NCBI GenBank assembly: GCA_046757525.1
Contig: JBHHYI010000028.1
Span: 1-34,191, forward strand
Length of the DNA: 34,191 bases
Source of the DNA: a bacterium
GTDB taxonomy: Bacteria > Zhuqueibacterota > Zhuqueibacteria > Oceanimicrobiales > Oceanimicrobiaceae
Direction: 5' to 3'
Program-made: the position numbers and the translations under genes
Part shown: piece after piece, positions 17,508 to 27,124 of the stretch
Layout: each line of letters begins with the position of its first letter
Position numbering within the stretch: the first letter of the stretch is position 1
The notes under the pieces: model-generated
What the model was told of the DNA's origin: nothing
The model's input: only the letters and a program-made list of their open reading frames with translations
The model's database searches: none

Positions 17508-18560
17508 TTAACTTTCCTTTTTGATTAACGCTTCAGAAGTTTCCTGGCTTGTTTTAAATGAATGAGCCATGATGTCCAATTGTCGCAAAAACGGCTCTTT
17601 CGGACCCGCCGGATAAAACACCGCAATGTCAATCATGTAGATTCTCTCGGTTGCAAGATCGTAAAAGCAATAGTTGCGGAAGGGCCCGCCGGCGACCTTC
17701 TCCACGTTTTCCCAAAGACCTTGCGTCAACAGCGCCGGCCGCCCAAGGAACTCGATCTCTTCGGTGTGGGTGTAATCCGCATTGATTCGGTCGTTCTCGT
17801 AGAACTTCCCGGTAAGCCTGTTGCGGGTGTTGATGGCCCAGTCTGCGTCGATCATTTCAGGATCCCCGTCTTCTATCCAGTGAACGAACAGCCAGCGTTC
17901 TCGCCCCGGCAGACTCCGCCGCAGCATGATGAACCGGTCCTGCGGCCTTTCGATATTGACGATGTAGTCGTGCTGCACCCGCACCGTCCAGCCATATTTG
18001 CGCAACAGTTTCAGCTCGATGTCTTCCTGTTCGAGCTCAGAGAACATCTCTCTTTTGGTCTTCTCGATGAGCCTCTGGTGCAAAATGTCGTACAGCGCCT
18101 TCTTGTTGCTCTCCATCTTGTCGCGCAGCTTCTCGAGCGAATTGCTCACCAGCACCAACAAGATTTGCTGCTTAGCCCAGGGATCGGTTTTGGTGAAAAC
18201 GTATTCCTGACCAGATTCAACCCTGGTCCGCACTTCAGGAGTCAACATGGCGTTGATCTTCTTGGTCATTTCTCCAGAGGAATGCAAGGCCCCCAATATG
18301 ACCAGGTTTTTCCTGGTAGCAAAGTCGTTGAATTGCTGCGCGGGCACCCAGTGGACAGCAAACACAGATTCTGGCTGCGGCGTCTGGATCGTTTTGGTAA
18401 AGACGTCTTTCAAGGTTGATTCCATGAACTGCCAGTCTGACGAATCGGCCACGACGAACAGATCGGTGTCGCTGCCAAAACTGACCGGCTTGCGAAAACA
18501 ACCGGAGACCAACAAAAAAACAAAACCGCCCCATAGCACCGCTTTAACGAGTTTCATCAT
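17508..18560 (-). CDS. DUF4837-like lipoprotein
   Basis: Lipobox LVSG-C; TPQPE, DPWAKQQ, GLWE...GGPF, FLRQLD motifs. GAGGTG RBS favours ATG 18560 or 18557 over GTG 18566. Confidence 0.7.
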   Translation of the reverse strand: MMKLVKAVLWGGFVFLLVSGCFRKPVSFGSDTDLFVVADSSDWQFMESTLKDVFTKTIQTPQPESVFAVHWVPAQQFNDFATRKNLVILGALHSSGEMTKKINAMLTPEVRTRVESGQEYVFTKTDPWAKQQILLVLVSNSLEKLRDKMESNKKALYDILHQRLIEKTKREMFSELEQEDIELKLLRKYGWTVRVQHDYIVNIERPQDRFIMLRRSLPGRERWLFVHWIEDGDPEMIDADWAINTRNRLTGKFYENDRINADYTHTEEIEFLGRPALLTQGLWENVEKVAGGPFRNYCFYDLATERIYMIDIAVFYPAGPKEPFLRQLDIMAHSFKTSQETSEALIKKES

Positions 18561-18562
18561 TC

Positions 18563-19546
18563 TCACCTCGTTGGTTTAATAACATAAAGCATTGAAGAAC
18601 CATTTCGGGATTCTCTGCGCCGCAGGCTCGAACCCACGGCTAAGGAAATCATGGCGATCACAAACGCCCGCAGCAGCAAAAACAGCAACAGAAATCTTTT
18701 TCCGCTGTTCCTGGCGATGAGCAGCTCGCTGAATAAGCAATTGTACAGCGCATCGAAGGGTAATTGCCGCCGTTGAATGATCTCAAAACCGCTTGCCGAA
18801 CAAAAGGCCTGCAAGGAAGCCGGCACGAAGTGCTGCACATGACGCGGAGCATCCAGGGCGACCCAATTCGCCTTGTAAAAGCGTGCATCAAAACTGTTGA
18901 TGTTGGGCATCGCAATGACGAGGACGCCTGAATCCTTTAACCTGGTTCGCAGCTCTCGCAATATCTGCAACGGGTTGTAAAGATGTTCCAGCACGTGCCA
19001 CAAGGTGACAACGTCGAAGCTGTTTTCTGAATACGGCATTTGGGAGAATTCCAGGGTAGTGACTTTTAGGCCGTACTGCTTCTGAGCGAATTCTGCGGCT
19101 TTTTCATCTTTTTCGAGTCCCGCCACCGACCAGCCGTGTTTCTCCATTTCACGCAAAAACTCACCGGTGCCGCAGCCGATGTCAAGGAGCTTCCCGCACT
19201 TCACAAACTTCTCGATCACTCTGCGCTTCCGGCCAACCATCAGATTCCGCACCCAAAGATAAACCCGATCCAGGCCGCTGACCGCTGAGCGGGTCGAGAG
19301 AAAGGGTTGGTAAGCACCGTTGGCGTAGAAGTCCGAAATGTGTTCAACTTTGGGCCGTGGATTCAAGTAGACGAAATTGCAATTGACGCAAGCCACGATT
19401 TGATATTCTCTGGCGACGCTCAGCTTGAACCGGTCTCCAACTTTACGGAGCAACTCAAACCGGTCGCTGTTGCAAAACGGGCAGGCAATGGTTTCAAGTT
19501 TGGTGTTCAACTCAGATTCGGGAAACTCCATAGTATCACGTCTCAT
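18563..19546 (-). CDS. Class I SAM-dependent methyltransferase with N-terminal zinc ribbon
   Basis: CPFC...CVNC, LLDIGCGTGEF, FDVVTLWHVLEH, DAPRHVQHF; alternative start 19531. Confidence 0.9.
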   Translation of the reverse strand: MRRDTMEFPESELNTKLETIACPFCNSDRFELLRKVGDRFKLSVAREYQIVACVNCNFVYLNPRPKVEHISDFYANGAYQPFLSTRSAVSGLDRVYLWVRNLMVGRKRRVIEKFVKCGKLLDIGCGTGEFLREMEKHGWSVAGLEKDEKAAEFAQKQYGLKVTTLEFSQMPYSENSFDVVTLWHVLEHLYNPLQILRELRTRLKDSGVLVIAMPNINSFDARFYKANWVALDAPRHVQHFVPASLQAFCSASGFEIIQRRQLPFDALYNCLFSELLIARNSGKRFLLLFLLLRAFVIAMISLAVGSSLRRRESRNGSSMLYVIKPTR

Positions 19547-19619
19547 TTCTTGCGTCGGTCAGGCCAGTCGGAGGCCCGGCCCTTGACGGACGCCCGACTG
19601 ACAAAAGTGCAAGACGCAT

Positions 19620-19750
19620 TGGAACGCGGATTGCACGGATTTAACGGATCCGACCGGATTAGCCAGACGAAATCCGTTTGACTCAGTAACTCCGAACCGA
19701 ATGGCTGATGAACCGTTTGATTTTCACAAGAGACAAATGTCCGTGTTCCA
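19620..19750. repeat. Degenerate MITE/REP-like element with 9-bp CGGAT periodicity and terminal inverted repeats
   Basis: TGGAACGCGGA (19620-19630) vs TCCGTGTTCCA (19740-19750), 10/11 complementary; CGGAT cores at 19627, 19636, 19645, 19655; inverted ATCCG at 19672. Confidence 0.55.
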
Positions 19751-19786
19751 TTCATTGGCGGCTGTGCCGTGATAGGGGATTAATTG

Positions 19787-20836
19787 TCATTTACAAGCTT
19801 TCAACCTCAGGTCTTGCGTCCTGCGCACGCCGCGCAGGAAATAATCCACGGCAACACTGCCTCGATACATTTTCTTGCTTATGTCGCTGTCGGCAACCTT
19901 GCGCAAGCGCTGGACCTGGGAGCGCTTGGTCATAATCCTAAAAAAACTAAAAGCGACGTAAATCAAAGCTTTGCACACCGCTTTGACACGGACGAAATCA
20001 AACTTGACACCGGAATACAACAGGGTCATCAACTCGAGCAGCAGGCGCCCGGGAAAAATCCAGAACAAAGAAGAACGCTGGTAATTCTTCAACAGCATGA
20101 TCAGGCTGTTACGATGATTCAGGTAGATTTTTAGGGGAGAGTCTGGCTTCAACGTCGAGCCGGCCTGGTGATAAACAACCGCTGGAGGCATGACAACGAC
20201 GCGGTAGCCAGTTAGGTGAAAGCGCCAGCACAGATCGATCTCTTCCATGTGCGCGAAGAAATCATCATCGAAATACCCGACTTCATCCAGCGCCGACTTG
20301 CGCACCAGCATGGCCGTACCTGAAGCCCAAAAGATGTCTCCCCCCTCCTCGTATTGCCCTTCGTCCTTTTCCACGCGAAAAAACAGCCGCCCTCTCGCAA
20401 ACGGGTAGCCAAAGCGATCTAACAGCCCGCCGGCTGCTCCCGCGTAGTCGAAAAGGCGTTTGTCTTTCAGCGACAGAATCTTGGGTTGGCAAGCAGCAAT
20501 TTGAGCATCCCTTTCACAGCAAGTCACCAGCAACGACAGCCAGTCCGGTTCAAACTCTGTATCGTTATTCAGAAACAAGAAATAGGTTCCTCTGGCCTGT
20601 GCAATCCCGGCGTTGCAACCGCCTGCGTAACCCAAATTCTCCGCATTTTGTACCACACGGATCCACGGAAACCTTGCTTGAGCCGATGATACGCTGCCAT
20701 CCGTAGAGCCATTGTCGACCAACAGAACTTCCTTATTCGCGTAAGTTGTCTTTTCTAACGATTCCAGACAGTTAGTCAGAATCTCCTCACCATGGTGATG
20801 GGGAATAATGATCGACACTAAGGGTTCGCGAGGCAT
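19787..20836 (-). CDS. GT2 glycosyltransferase (WbbL/rhamnosyltransferase-like)
   Basis: LVDNGSTDGS, NLGYAGGCN, FLNNDT, FDYAGAAGG, FFAHMEEIDLCWR. Confidence 0.9.
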   Translation of the reverse strand: MPREPLVSIIIPHHHGEEILTNCLESLEKTTYANKEVLLVDNGSTDGSVSSAQARFPWIRVVQNAENLGYAGGCNAGIAQARGTYFLFLNNDTEFEPDWLSLLVTCCERDAQIAACQPKILSLKDKRLFDYAGAAGGLLDRFGYPFARGRLFFRVEKDEGQYEEGGDIFWASGTAMLVRKSALDEVGYFDDDFFAHMEEIDLCWRFHLTGYRVVVMPPAVVYHQAGSTLKPDSPLKIYLNHRNSLIMLLKNYQRSSLFWIFPGRLLLELMTLLYSGVKFDFVRVKAVCKALIYVAFSFFRIMTKRSQVQRLRKVADSDISKKMYRGSVAVDYFLRGVRRTQDLRLKACK

Positions 20837-20848
20837 CGATAAAAAGCG

Positions 20849-23587
20849 TCAATCCTTCGCTTTCACATTGGAGCCGTCCCCTCCGGCGGAATTAGGGACC
20901 TTGGAGCTGTCTTGCCGATCGAGCATCCTGGTCAACTGGGCCAGTTGCTGCTTAGCCTGCCGATCGGTAGGATGCAACTGCAGCCACTCGTCTAAAAGAT
21001 CGATGCCCTTTTGGTATTCATTCGAACGAATGTAGTTGCCGATCAGCCACCCATAAGCCTGAGGGGTTTGCGGATATTCATCCTTCACCGACAGCGCCAA
21101 CGATTCCGCCTTGGCAGTTTCGTGAAAATACTGGCTGTAATAAGACGCAAACGTTAGCTTGTCGACCGGGCCCAGGTTGTAGTGGTCAAGATAATAATCC
21201 AGGCGTTTCTTCAGCTCTTGCGGCCGTCCGGCATCGTAGTACATTTGTCCCATGGTCAAGCTGATGCGGTAATTGGGAGTTGGAATGATCTCCTCCGGCA
21301 TAACTTCGTTCATCCGGTCGAGTACTGCCAAGACTTTGTCTTTCATATTTTGGATCTGATAGTAGTTCGCCAGTCTAAAAAAGGCGTTGCGATAGTTTTG
21401 CAACAAACCGATGGTGCCGCGATCAATAAAAACTTTAGGATTGTTCAGATTTCTGAACCTGAATTTCTCGAGCAAGTTAGTTTCTAATTTCTCGGGGGCG
21501 ATGAAATCTCTGCCATTGCCGTAAGGCATGACTTTAAAGGCCAGGCCGTCCATTCTCAGATAGTTTCTGAGGCCGCTCAAACCTTTCGGGTTGTTCAGCC
21601 CTAACATGTTTTCCGGCGAAACCGTGACCGCAAAGTAAATGGGCTTCTCGAAACGATTGGCTCTGATGATGTGGTCCACCATGATATCCTGAACCCGAAT
21701 GGCCCGGCCGCTGAGCAAGGTGCCTTTCATATTAAACTCTATCCTGGGCTTCTCCGGAATGTTTTCGGGCGAGACGTTGGCGTTGTCTTTCTCATTTTCC
21801 ACGTAGTTTAAGACCGTCTGCCTGGGTACGTTGATGGTTAGCCGGAATTCCTTTTTGTTGCCTGGCAAAAGCTGGGGCTGCAAAGCATCGATTTCATCAT
21901 CCGTCAATGTGATCGGTACTTTGGGTTCCTGGTCGCGAAGCTGCTTGATGTACCAGTCGGTGTTGAGCAAACTCAAATTCACCACGCGAATATCAGTTCG
22001 GATGCCTTCGACGTATTGCAGATACCAGATTGGAAAAGTGTCGTTGTCGCCATTGGTAAAGATTATGGCATTGGGATCGCAGCTTTGCAAGATGTTGTAG
22101 GAATAATCCCAGGGCACGTAATTGCCAGTGCGGTCGTGTTCATGGGCGTTAAATGAATACATATTGTATGGCACAGCCACGAAAAGCAGCGTGATGATGG
22201 CCGCAATGCCAACTTTTTTCAAAGTGGCATTGGAGCGAATGGTATTGGCCACGTATTCCACCAGGAACTGGGCGCCGATTCCGATCCAGAGCGCGAAGGC
22301 GAAAAAGGAGCCCACATAGGCGTAATCCCGCTCCCGCGGCTGAGGATTGTCCTGATTCAGGTAAATGGCAATCGCTACCCCGGTCATGATAAACAGCGTC
22401 AGAATGGAAAAGGATTTCTTCCAGTCGCGTTGAAAATGATAGAACATGCCAAGAAAGCCCACAAGAAACGGCAAGCCCCAGAGACCGCGCACAGAAATGG
22501 TCTCTGCAATATAATTGTCCGGTCCCAGCTTGGTGCCTTTGCCAATGAATTGCCAGCCAAAATAGCGGACATACATTTTCTTGACCTGGTATTCCCAGAA
22601 AGGTGCCCGGCGTTGCAGAAACGGGATGTCGCCGTACTGTTCACGGTTTAAATAACTGACTAATCTCGTAGGCTCATCCGGGTCGTTTTCATCGATAGCC
22701 GGATTTAACCCAGAGCGAATATAAATGGCTGTGTAGGTCGAGTAACCGGCCACAATCAGCAAGATGCTGGTCAACGCCAATCCGAAAACGCGCTGCCTGT
22801 TTTGAATCGCGTAGTAGATCCCGAGAAAAATCAGGAGCACCAGCCCCCCCAAAGCAACGAACGAAAACTTCTCCAAAATCCAGGGGATACCCTTGACTAT
22901 GACCGGGTAAATGGCGCCGAAAGCAGCCGCAGACGCCAGCGCAAAGAGCATGAAAGAAGAAAGGTTCAGTTTAGAACGCTTGAAGTAAACGATGAGGAAC
23001 ACCGTAGGCAGTGCCAAAATGTTCAACAAATGAATGCCAGTGGCCAGACCGACTAAATAGGCGATTAACAGCAAGACTTTGTCACCCGCCGGACTCTCCG
23101 ATTTCTCCAGCCAGGTCATAATCAACCAAATGACCATGGCGGTAAAAAACATGGAAGCCGCGTAGACCTCCGCTTCTACGGCATTGAACCAGAAGGAATC
23201 GCTAAAGGCGAACGCCAATGCGCCGACAATGCCCCCGGTATAAATCGTGACCTTGTCCTCAATGGTCTCGGGAATGCCCTTCCATTCTCTGATCAGACGC
23301 ACGATGATCAAGTATGTGAGCATGATCGTTAGAGCGCTTATGATGACCGAAATGATGTTGACGCGCAGGCCAATATCGTGAAAAAAGGGCAACAAGGTGA
23401 AGACCCTTCCGACTAAAATGAACAAGGGCGATCCCGGGGGATGCGGCACCCCCATGATGTAGGAGCTGGCAATAAACTCGCCACAGTCCCAATAAGAGGC
23501 GGTGGGTGCCACGGATTTGCCGTAAACGGCCAGTCCAATCAAGAATATGATGAAAGCTATGATTCGGTTTAGCTTCTTATGTTCCAT
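20849..23587 (-). CDS. DUF2723 (TMEM260-like, GT-C fold) multi-pass membrane glycosyltransferase with large C-terminal soluble/TPR-like region
   Basis: YWDCGEF, GVPHPPGSPLF, FWFNAVEAEVYA, YLNREQYG, PRERDYAY, FTNGDNDTFPIWY, VVNLSLLNTDWY; about 11 hydrophobic segments. Confidence 0.88.
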   Translation of the reverse strand: MEHKKLNRIIAFIIFLIGLAVYGKSVAPTASYWDCGEFIASSYIMGVPHPPGSPLFILVGRVFTLLPFFHDIGLRVNIISVIISALTIMLTYLIIVRLIREWKGIPETIEDKVTIYTGGIVGALAFAFSDSFWFNAVEAEVYAASMFFTAMVIWLIMTWLEKSESPAGDKVLLLIAYLVGLATGIHLLNILALPTVFLIVYFKRSKLNLSSFMLFALASAAAFGAIYPVIVKGIPWILEKFSFVALGGLVLLIFLGIYYAIQNRQRVFGLALTSILLIVAGYSTYTAIYIRSGLNPAIDENDPDEPTRLVSYLNREQYGDIPFLQRRAPFWEYQVKKMYVRYFGWQFIGKGTKLGPDNYIAETISVRGLWGLPFLVGFLGMFYHFQRDWKKSFSILTLFIMTGVAIAIYLNQDNPQPRERDYAYVGSFFAFALWIGIGAQFLVEYVANTIRSNATLKKVGIAAIITLLFVAVPYNMYSFNAHEHDRTGNYVPWDYSYNILQSCDPNAIIFTNGDNDTFPIWYLQYVEGIRTDIRVVNLSLLNTDWYIKQLRDQEPKVPITLTDDEIDALQPQLLPGNKKEFRLTINVPRQTVLNYVENEKDNANVSPENIPEKPRIEFNMKGTLLSGRAIRVQDIMVDHIIRANRFEKPIYFAVTVSPENMLGLNNPKGLSGLRNYLRMDGLAFKVMPYGNGRDFIAPEKLETNLLEKFRFRNLNNPKVFIDRGTIGLLQNYRNAFFRLANYYQIQNMKDKVLAVLDRMNEVMPEEIIPTPNYRISLTMGQMYYDAGRPQELKKRLDYYLDHYNLGPVDKLTFASYYSQYFHETAKAESLALSVKDEYPQTPQAYGWLIGNYIRSNEYQKGIDLLDEWLQLHPTDRQAKQQLAQLTRMLDRQDSSKVPNSAGGDGSNVKAKD

Positions 23588-23606
23588 GGTAGAGCGGGCC
23601 TCCTAA

Positions 23607-25709
23607 TTAACCAATTCTTGCTAATTCGAATTTGTCACGGTAGTTCTTAAAAAAATGTGCCCTTACGGGTGAGTTTTCGAAGCTCAAAATCTGTTTATCC
23701 TGACGGGCCAGTTGAAAAGCCTCGTCCCGCGCCCTGAGCAATAGCGCCGCGTCGGTTACGATGTCGGCGATGCGGAAGTTGGGGAGGCCGTGTTGTCTGG
23801 TGCCGAAAAACTCCCCAGGACCGCGCAGTTGCAAGTCGATCTCGGCGATCTTAAATCCATCGTTGGTCTTGGCTAAGGCGCTCAATCTCGTTCGGGCGTC
23901 ACCGGAAATGGGGTATTGGGCGATCAAAATACAATACGATTGCCGGTCGCCTCTGCCCACGCGGCCGCGCAGTTGGTGCAATTGGGGCAGGCCGAAGCGC
24001 TCAGCATTCTCGATGACCATGAGGCTGGCGTTGGCAACATCCACGCCCACTTCTACCACCGTGGTACTCACCAGCACCTGAATCTCTCCCCCTTTGAACG
24101 CCTCCATGATGCCCTCTTTTTCCTCGCTTTTCATGCGGCCGTGCAGCAAGCCAACCCGCAACTCTTTAAACAGGCCGTTTTTCATCTTTTCATAATTTTC
24201 AGTGGCGGCTTCGATGTCGAGCTTTTCCGATTCTTCTACGAGTGGAAAAATTATGTAAGCCTGTTCTCCCTGCGCCACCTTGTCCTTAACAAAGCGGTAA
24301 ATCTCCGTTCGTTTCTTGTCGCTGCGCCAAATCGTCTTCACCGGCTTTCTGCCCGGCGGCATCTCATCCACAATCGACACATCCAGGTCGCCGTAAAGGG
24401 TCAAGGAAAGCGTACGCGGAATGGGCGTAGCGGTCATCACCAGCACATCGGGATTCATTCCTTTTTCCATGAGCGCGGCCCGCTGCAAAACCCCGAAACG
24501 ATGCTGCTCGTCCACCACTACAAATCCCAGGCGCTTGAACTCGACACCCTCTTGAATCAACGCATGGGTTCCCACCACGATGTCCACTTCCCCACTTGCG
24601 ATGCCAGCCAACGCGGCCTGTCGCTCTTGCTTTTTTTGTGCCCCAATTAAGAGCAGCACTTTAACCCCGAGCTCCTCCAGCAACTTGTGAATGTTGAGGA
24701 AATGCTGCTCGGCCAGGATTTCCGTCGGGGCCATGAGTCCAGCCTGGTAGCCGTTTTCGATGGCCATCAACATGGCTACTAACGCTACAACCGTTTTGCC
24801 GGATCCCACGTCGCCCTGCACCAGGCGGTTCATGGGGGCGTCTTTTTTCATGTCGTCGCGAATCTCCTTGATGACCCGCTTCTGCGCGGCGGTCAATTCA
24901 AACGGCAGTTTGTCGATCAACTGCCGCGTGCGCTCACCCACTTTCAAGAACTCGATGCCTTTTCTTTTGATCTTAAAACTTCTTCTCCGATAAGCCAGCA
25001 TCAACTGCAAATAAAACAGCTCATCGAATTTCAAGCGCCGGCGTGCCGCTGCCAACGCCTTTTTGTCAACTGGGAAGTGCACATTTTCGATGGCAGGCCT
25101 CAAGGGCATTAGGTGCTGTCTCGTCAAAATGGATGCCGGAAGAATTTCGTTGATGCTGCTCACGTGGCCTTTCAGTGCGTTTTTAATCACCCGCCTGAAT
25201 CCGCGACTGTCCAACCCGACTTTTGCCAGGCTTTCGGACGACGGGTACAGCGGGATGATCCGGCCCGTGTGCAAAAAGTCTTGTTCGCCTTCGTCGCTAA
25301 AGCGGTCGAATTCCGGGTGCACCATTTGAATCCCACCGAAAAAGCCGACCGTGCCGCTAAAAGCTATGGTCTCGCCCTTCTTGAAGATTTTGTTCCAATA
25401 TTCCACGCGATTAAACCAGACGCAATTCAGAAAGCCCGTGTTATCATAAATCACCAGAACGAACCGGTTGCGGCGGCCTCGCTTTACGCCAAAAAACTGC
25501 ACCTTACCCACAACGGTGGCGGTCATTCCTTCCTTTAGATCTTTTATTTTGGTAATTCGACTGCGGTCAAGATAGCGGCGGGGAAAATAATACAAGAGAT
25601 CAAGTATCGTTTCCACTCCAACTTCTCTTAGCTGTTCAGCACGCTTTTCTCCAATCCCTTTTAGAAATTGAACCGAAGTGCTCAAACTTGTTTGGTCTGG
25701 TTCAGACAC
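23607..25709 (-). CDS. recG: ATP-dependent DNA helicase RecG
   Basis: [65 protein letters not shown]. Confidence 0.98.
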   Translation of the reverse strand: MSEPDQTSLSTSVQFLKGIGEKRAEQLREVGVETILDLLYYFPRRYLDRSRITKIKDLKEGMTATVVGKVQFFGVKRGRRNRFVLVIYDNTGFLNCVWFNRVEYWNKIFKKGETIAFSGTVGFFGGIQMVHPEFDRFSDEGEQDFLHTGRIIPLYPSSESLAKVGLDSRGFRRVIKNALKGHVSSINEILPASILTRQHLMPLRPAIENVHFPVDKKALAAARRRLKFDELFYLQLMLAYRRRSFKIKRKGIEFLKVGERTRQLIDKLPFELTAAQKRVIKEIRDDMKKDAPMNRLVQGDVGSGKTVVALVAMLMAIENGYQAGLMAPTEILAEQHFLNIHKLLEELGVKVLLLIGAQKKQERQAALAGIASGEVDIVVGTHALIQEGVEFKRLGFVVVDEQHRFGVLQRAALMEKGMNPDVLVMTATPIPRTLSLTLYGDLDVSIVDEMPPGRKPVKTIWRSDKKRTEIYRFVKDKVAQGEQAYIIFPLVEESEKLDIEAATENYEKMKNGLFKELRVGLLHGRMKSEEKEGIMEAFKGGEIQVLVSTTVVEVGVDVANASLMVIENAERFGLPQLHQLRGRVGRGDRQSYCILIAQYPISGDARTRLSALAKTNDGFKIAEIDLQLRGPGEFFGTRQHGLPNFRIADIVTDAALLLRARDEAFQLARQDKQILSFENSPVRAHFFKNYRDKFELARIG

Positions 25710-25729
25710 ATTTATCTATGAATGACCGA

Positions 25730-27094
25730 TTATCGATTGTACCGCACAACGTATTCCAACAAGGTCTCCCCGTCTTTGGGAACCTGCACGGCAAATTCAA
25801 TGGTGCGAGCATCTTTCTTGGTGTACTCATGGCTCTTCCTGATGATTTCCCAATTGAGATTGAGGTGCTCCACAACGGTAATCTCTACCGCCTCGTCTTT
25901 GTGATTTCTGAGTTTGATCTGCCAGGTTTCTTCCCACGACGCCTTGCCAATAGACCGGTGGTCTTTCTGAATGCGTTCACCCACAATGTCGAAAGCATCG
26001 CCAACGTAAACTTTGACCGCTTCATCCTTGGACGTGTGGTCGACGAAATCCTCACCAACAAAAATCAAAGCCTGGTCCGAATCCTTTTTGTACACTCTAA
26101 TCTTGCCTTTGGGCAGCGCCATTCCCAACCCAAATTCCTTCCTGTTTTGAAATTCGAGATTCACCCGCACGTTTTTCTTGCTTTTGCTGCCGTCGTAAAC
26201 GTATTTCTTGGCGACCGCCACCTCAGCCGGGGCAAATAACGAAATTTGTTTGATCTGATTGTTGGCCACCGTGGCCGGCCTCGGCAACGTATACAGATGA
26301 TATTCGAAAAACGCTTTTTCCTGAAATTGGGTAACAGTGAGCGATTCCACACCGGGTCGTTTGGCCAGGAAAGGTCTGGGGACTCTTTTGGCCCGGTGCA
26401 CACTGCCAGCCACGAGTTTAAGCTTGGTGTCTTTGTAGGTAGCCCCGGATTTGTTGTCGATGGAAACCCAGCCACTCAGGTCCAACTGGGTGTCGCGTTG
26501 GTTGGTCACGGCTACGTATTCGGCATGCCACTGGATGCCGGAAGTCAGATAGCCGACTTCAATCTTGTGGTCACCGGCTTGCCCAACATCGAGGCGCCAA
26601 ACCAGAGTGGGCCGGGTAATCAATCCTTCCGGCAGCGTGGGAAAATCCATGTTCTGCACGCTCTCCCGGTTGACGATCTTGATGCGCCCGCCAGATTCTC
26701 GCAGAATCACATCTTTACCCGAAGCGCTGAGCAATGTGCCGGTATAGCTGACATTTTCCTTGGCCGACAACGTGATCACTTGATCCACATATTTCGACAA
26801 TATTTTGGAGGCATCGACCAGATCGTATTCATAGTTTTGTTCGAGAATCGCAACCTTCTCAGGCGCTGTTTGTGAGGTGAAGTAGACCGAGGTAGGATCG
26901 ATTTGCGCGGCCACGTCCTGAAATTTGATCTCGGTGACGCCTCGCTGCAATCGCATGGTTCGCACATCTTTCACCAAAGCCAAATTGTCGTTGTAAATGG
27001 TCAGTCCAACCTCTCTCTGCTGAGCAAAGCTCGAGGGCGCCACACTCATGAATAGGAGCCCCAGCCCACCGACAATGTTTGTTTTTACTGACAT
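25730..27094 (-). CDS. DUF4139/DUF4140 domain exported protein
   Basis: Signal peptide; LTIYNDNLALVKD, LEQNYEYDL, GLITRPTLVW, FFEYHLY, GMALPKG, FVGEDFVDHT. Confidence 0.8.
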   Translation of the reverse strand: MSVKTNIVGGLGLLFMSVAPSSFAQQREVGLTIYNDNLALVKDVRTMRLQRGVTEIKFQDVAAQIDPTSVYFTSQTAPEKVAILEQNYEYDLVDASKILSKYVDQVITLSAKENVSYTGTLLSASGKDVILRESGGRIKIVNRESVQNMDFPTLPEGLITRPTLVWRLDVGQAGDHKIEVGYLTSGIQWHAEYVAVTNQRDTQLDLSGWVSIDNKSGATYKDTKLKLVAGSVHRAKRVPRPFLAKRPGVESLTVTQFQEKAFFEYHLYTLPRPATVANNQIKQISLFAPAEVAVAKKYVYDGSKSKKNVRVNLEFQNRKEFGLGMALPKGKIRVYKKDSDQALIFVGEDFVDHTSKDEAVKVYVGDAFDIVGERIQKDHRSIGKASWEETWQIKLRNHKDEAVEITVVEHLNLNWEIIRKSHEYTKKDARTIEFAVQVPKDGETLLEYVVRYNR

Positions 27095-27124
27095 AAAATG
27101 CCTACCCTTTCAAATGATTGGGAT

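Noticed and set aside
19625..19660. Possible CRISPR array
   Set aside because: Units are 9 bp with no spacers, and there are no cas genes in the window
19543..19755. 70-aa minus ORF in the GT2-methyltransferase gap
   Set aside because: Translation of the repeat element (DPLNPCNPR reflects the 9-bp periodicity); no RBS or domain
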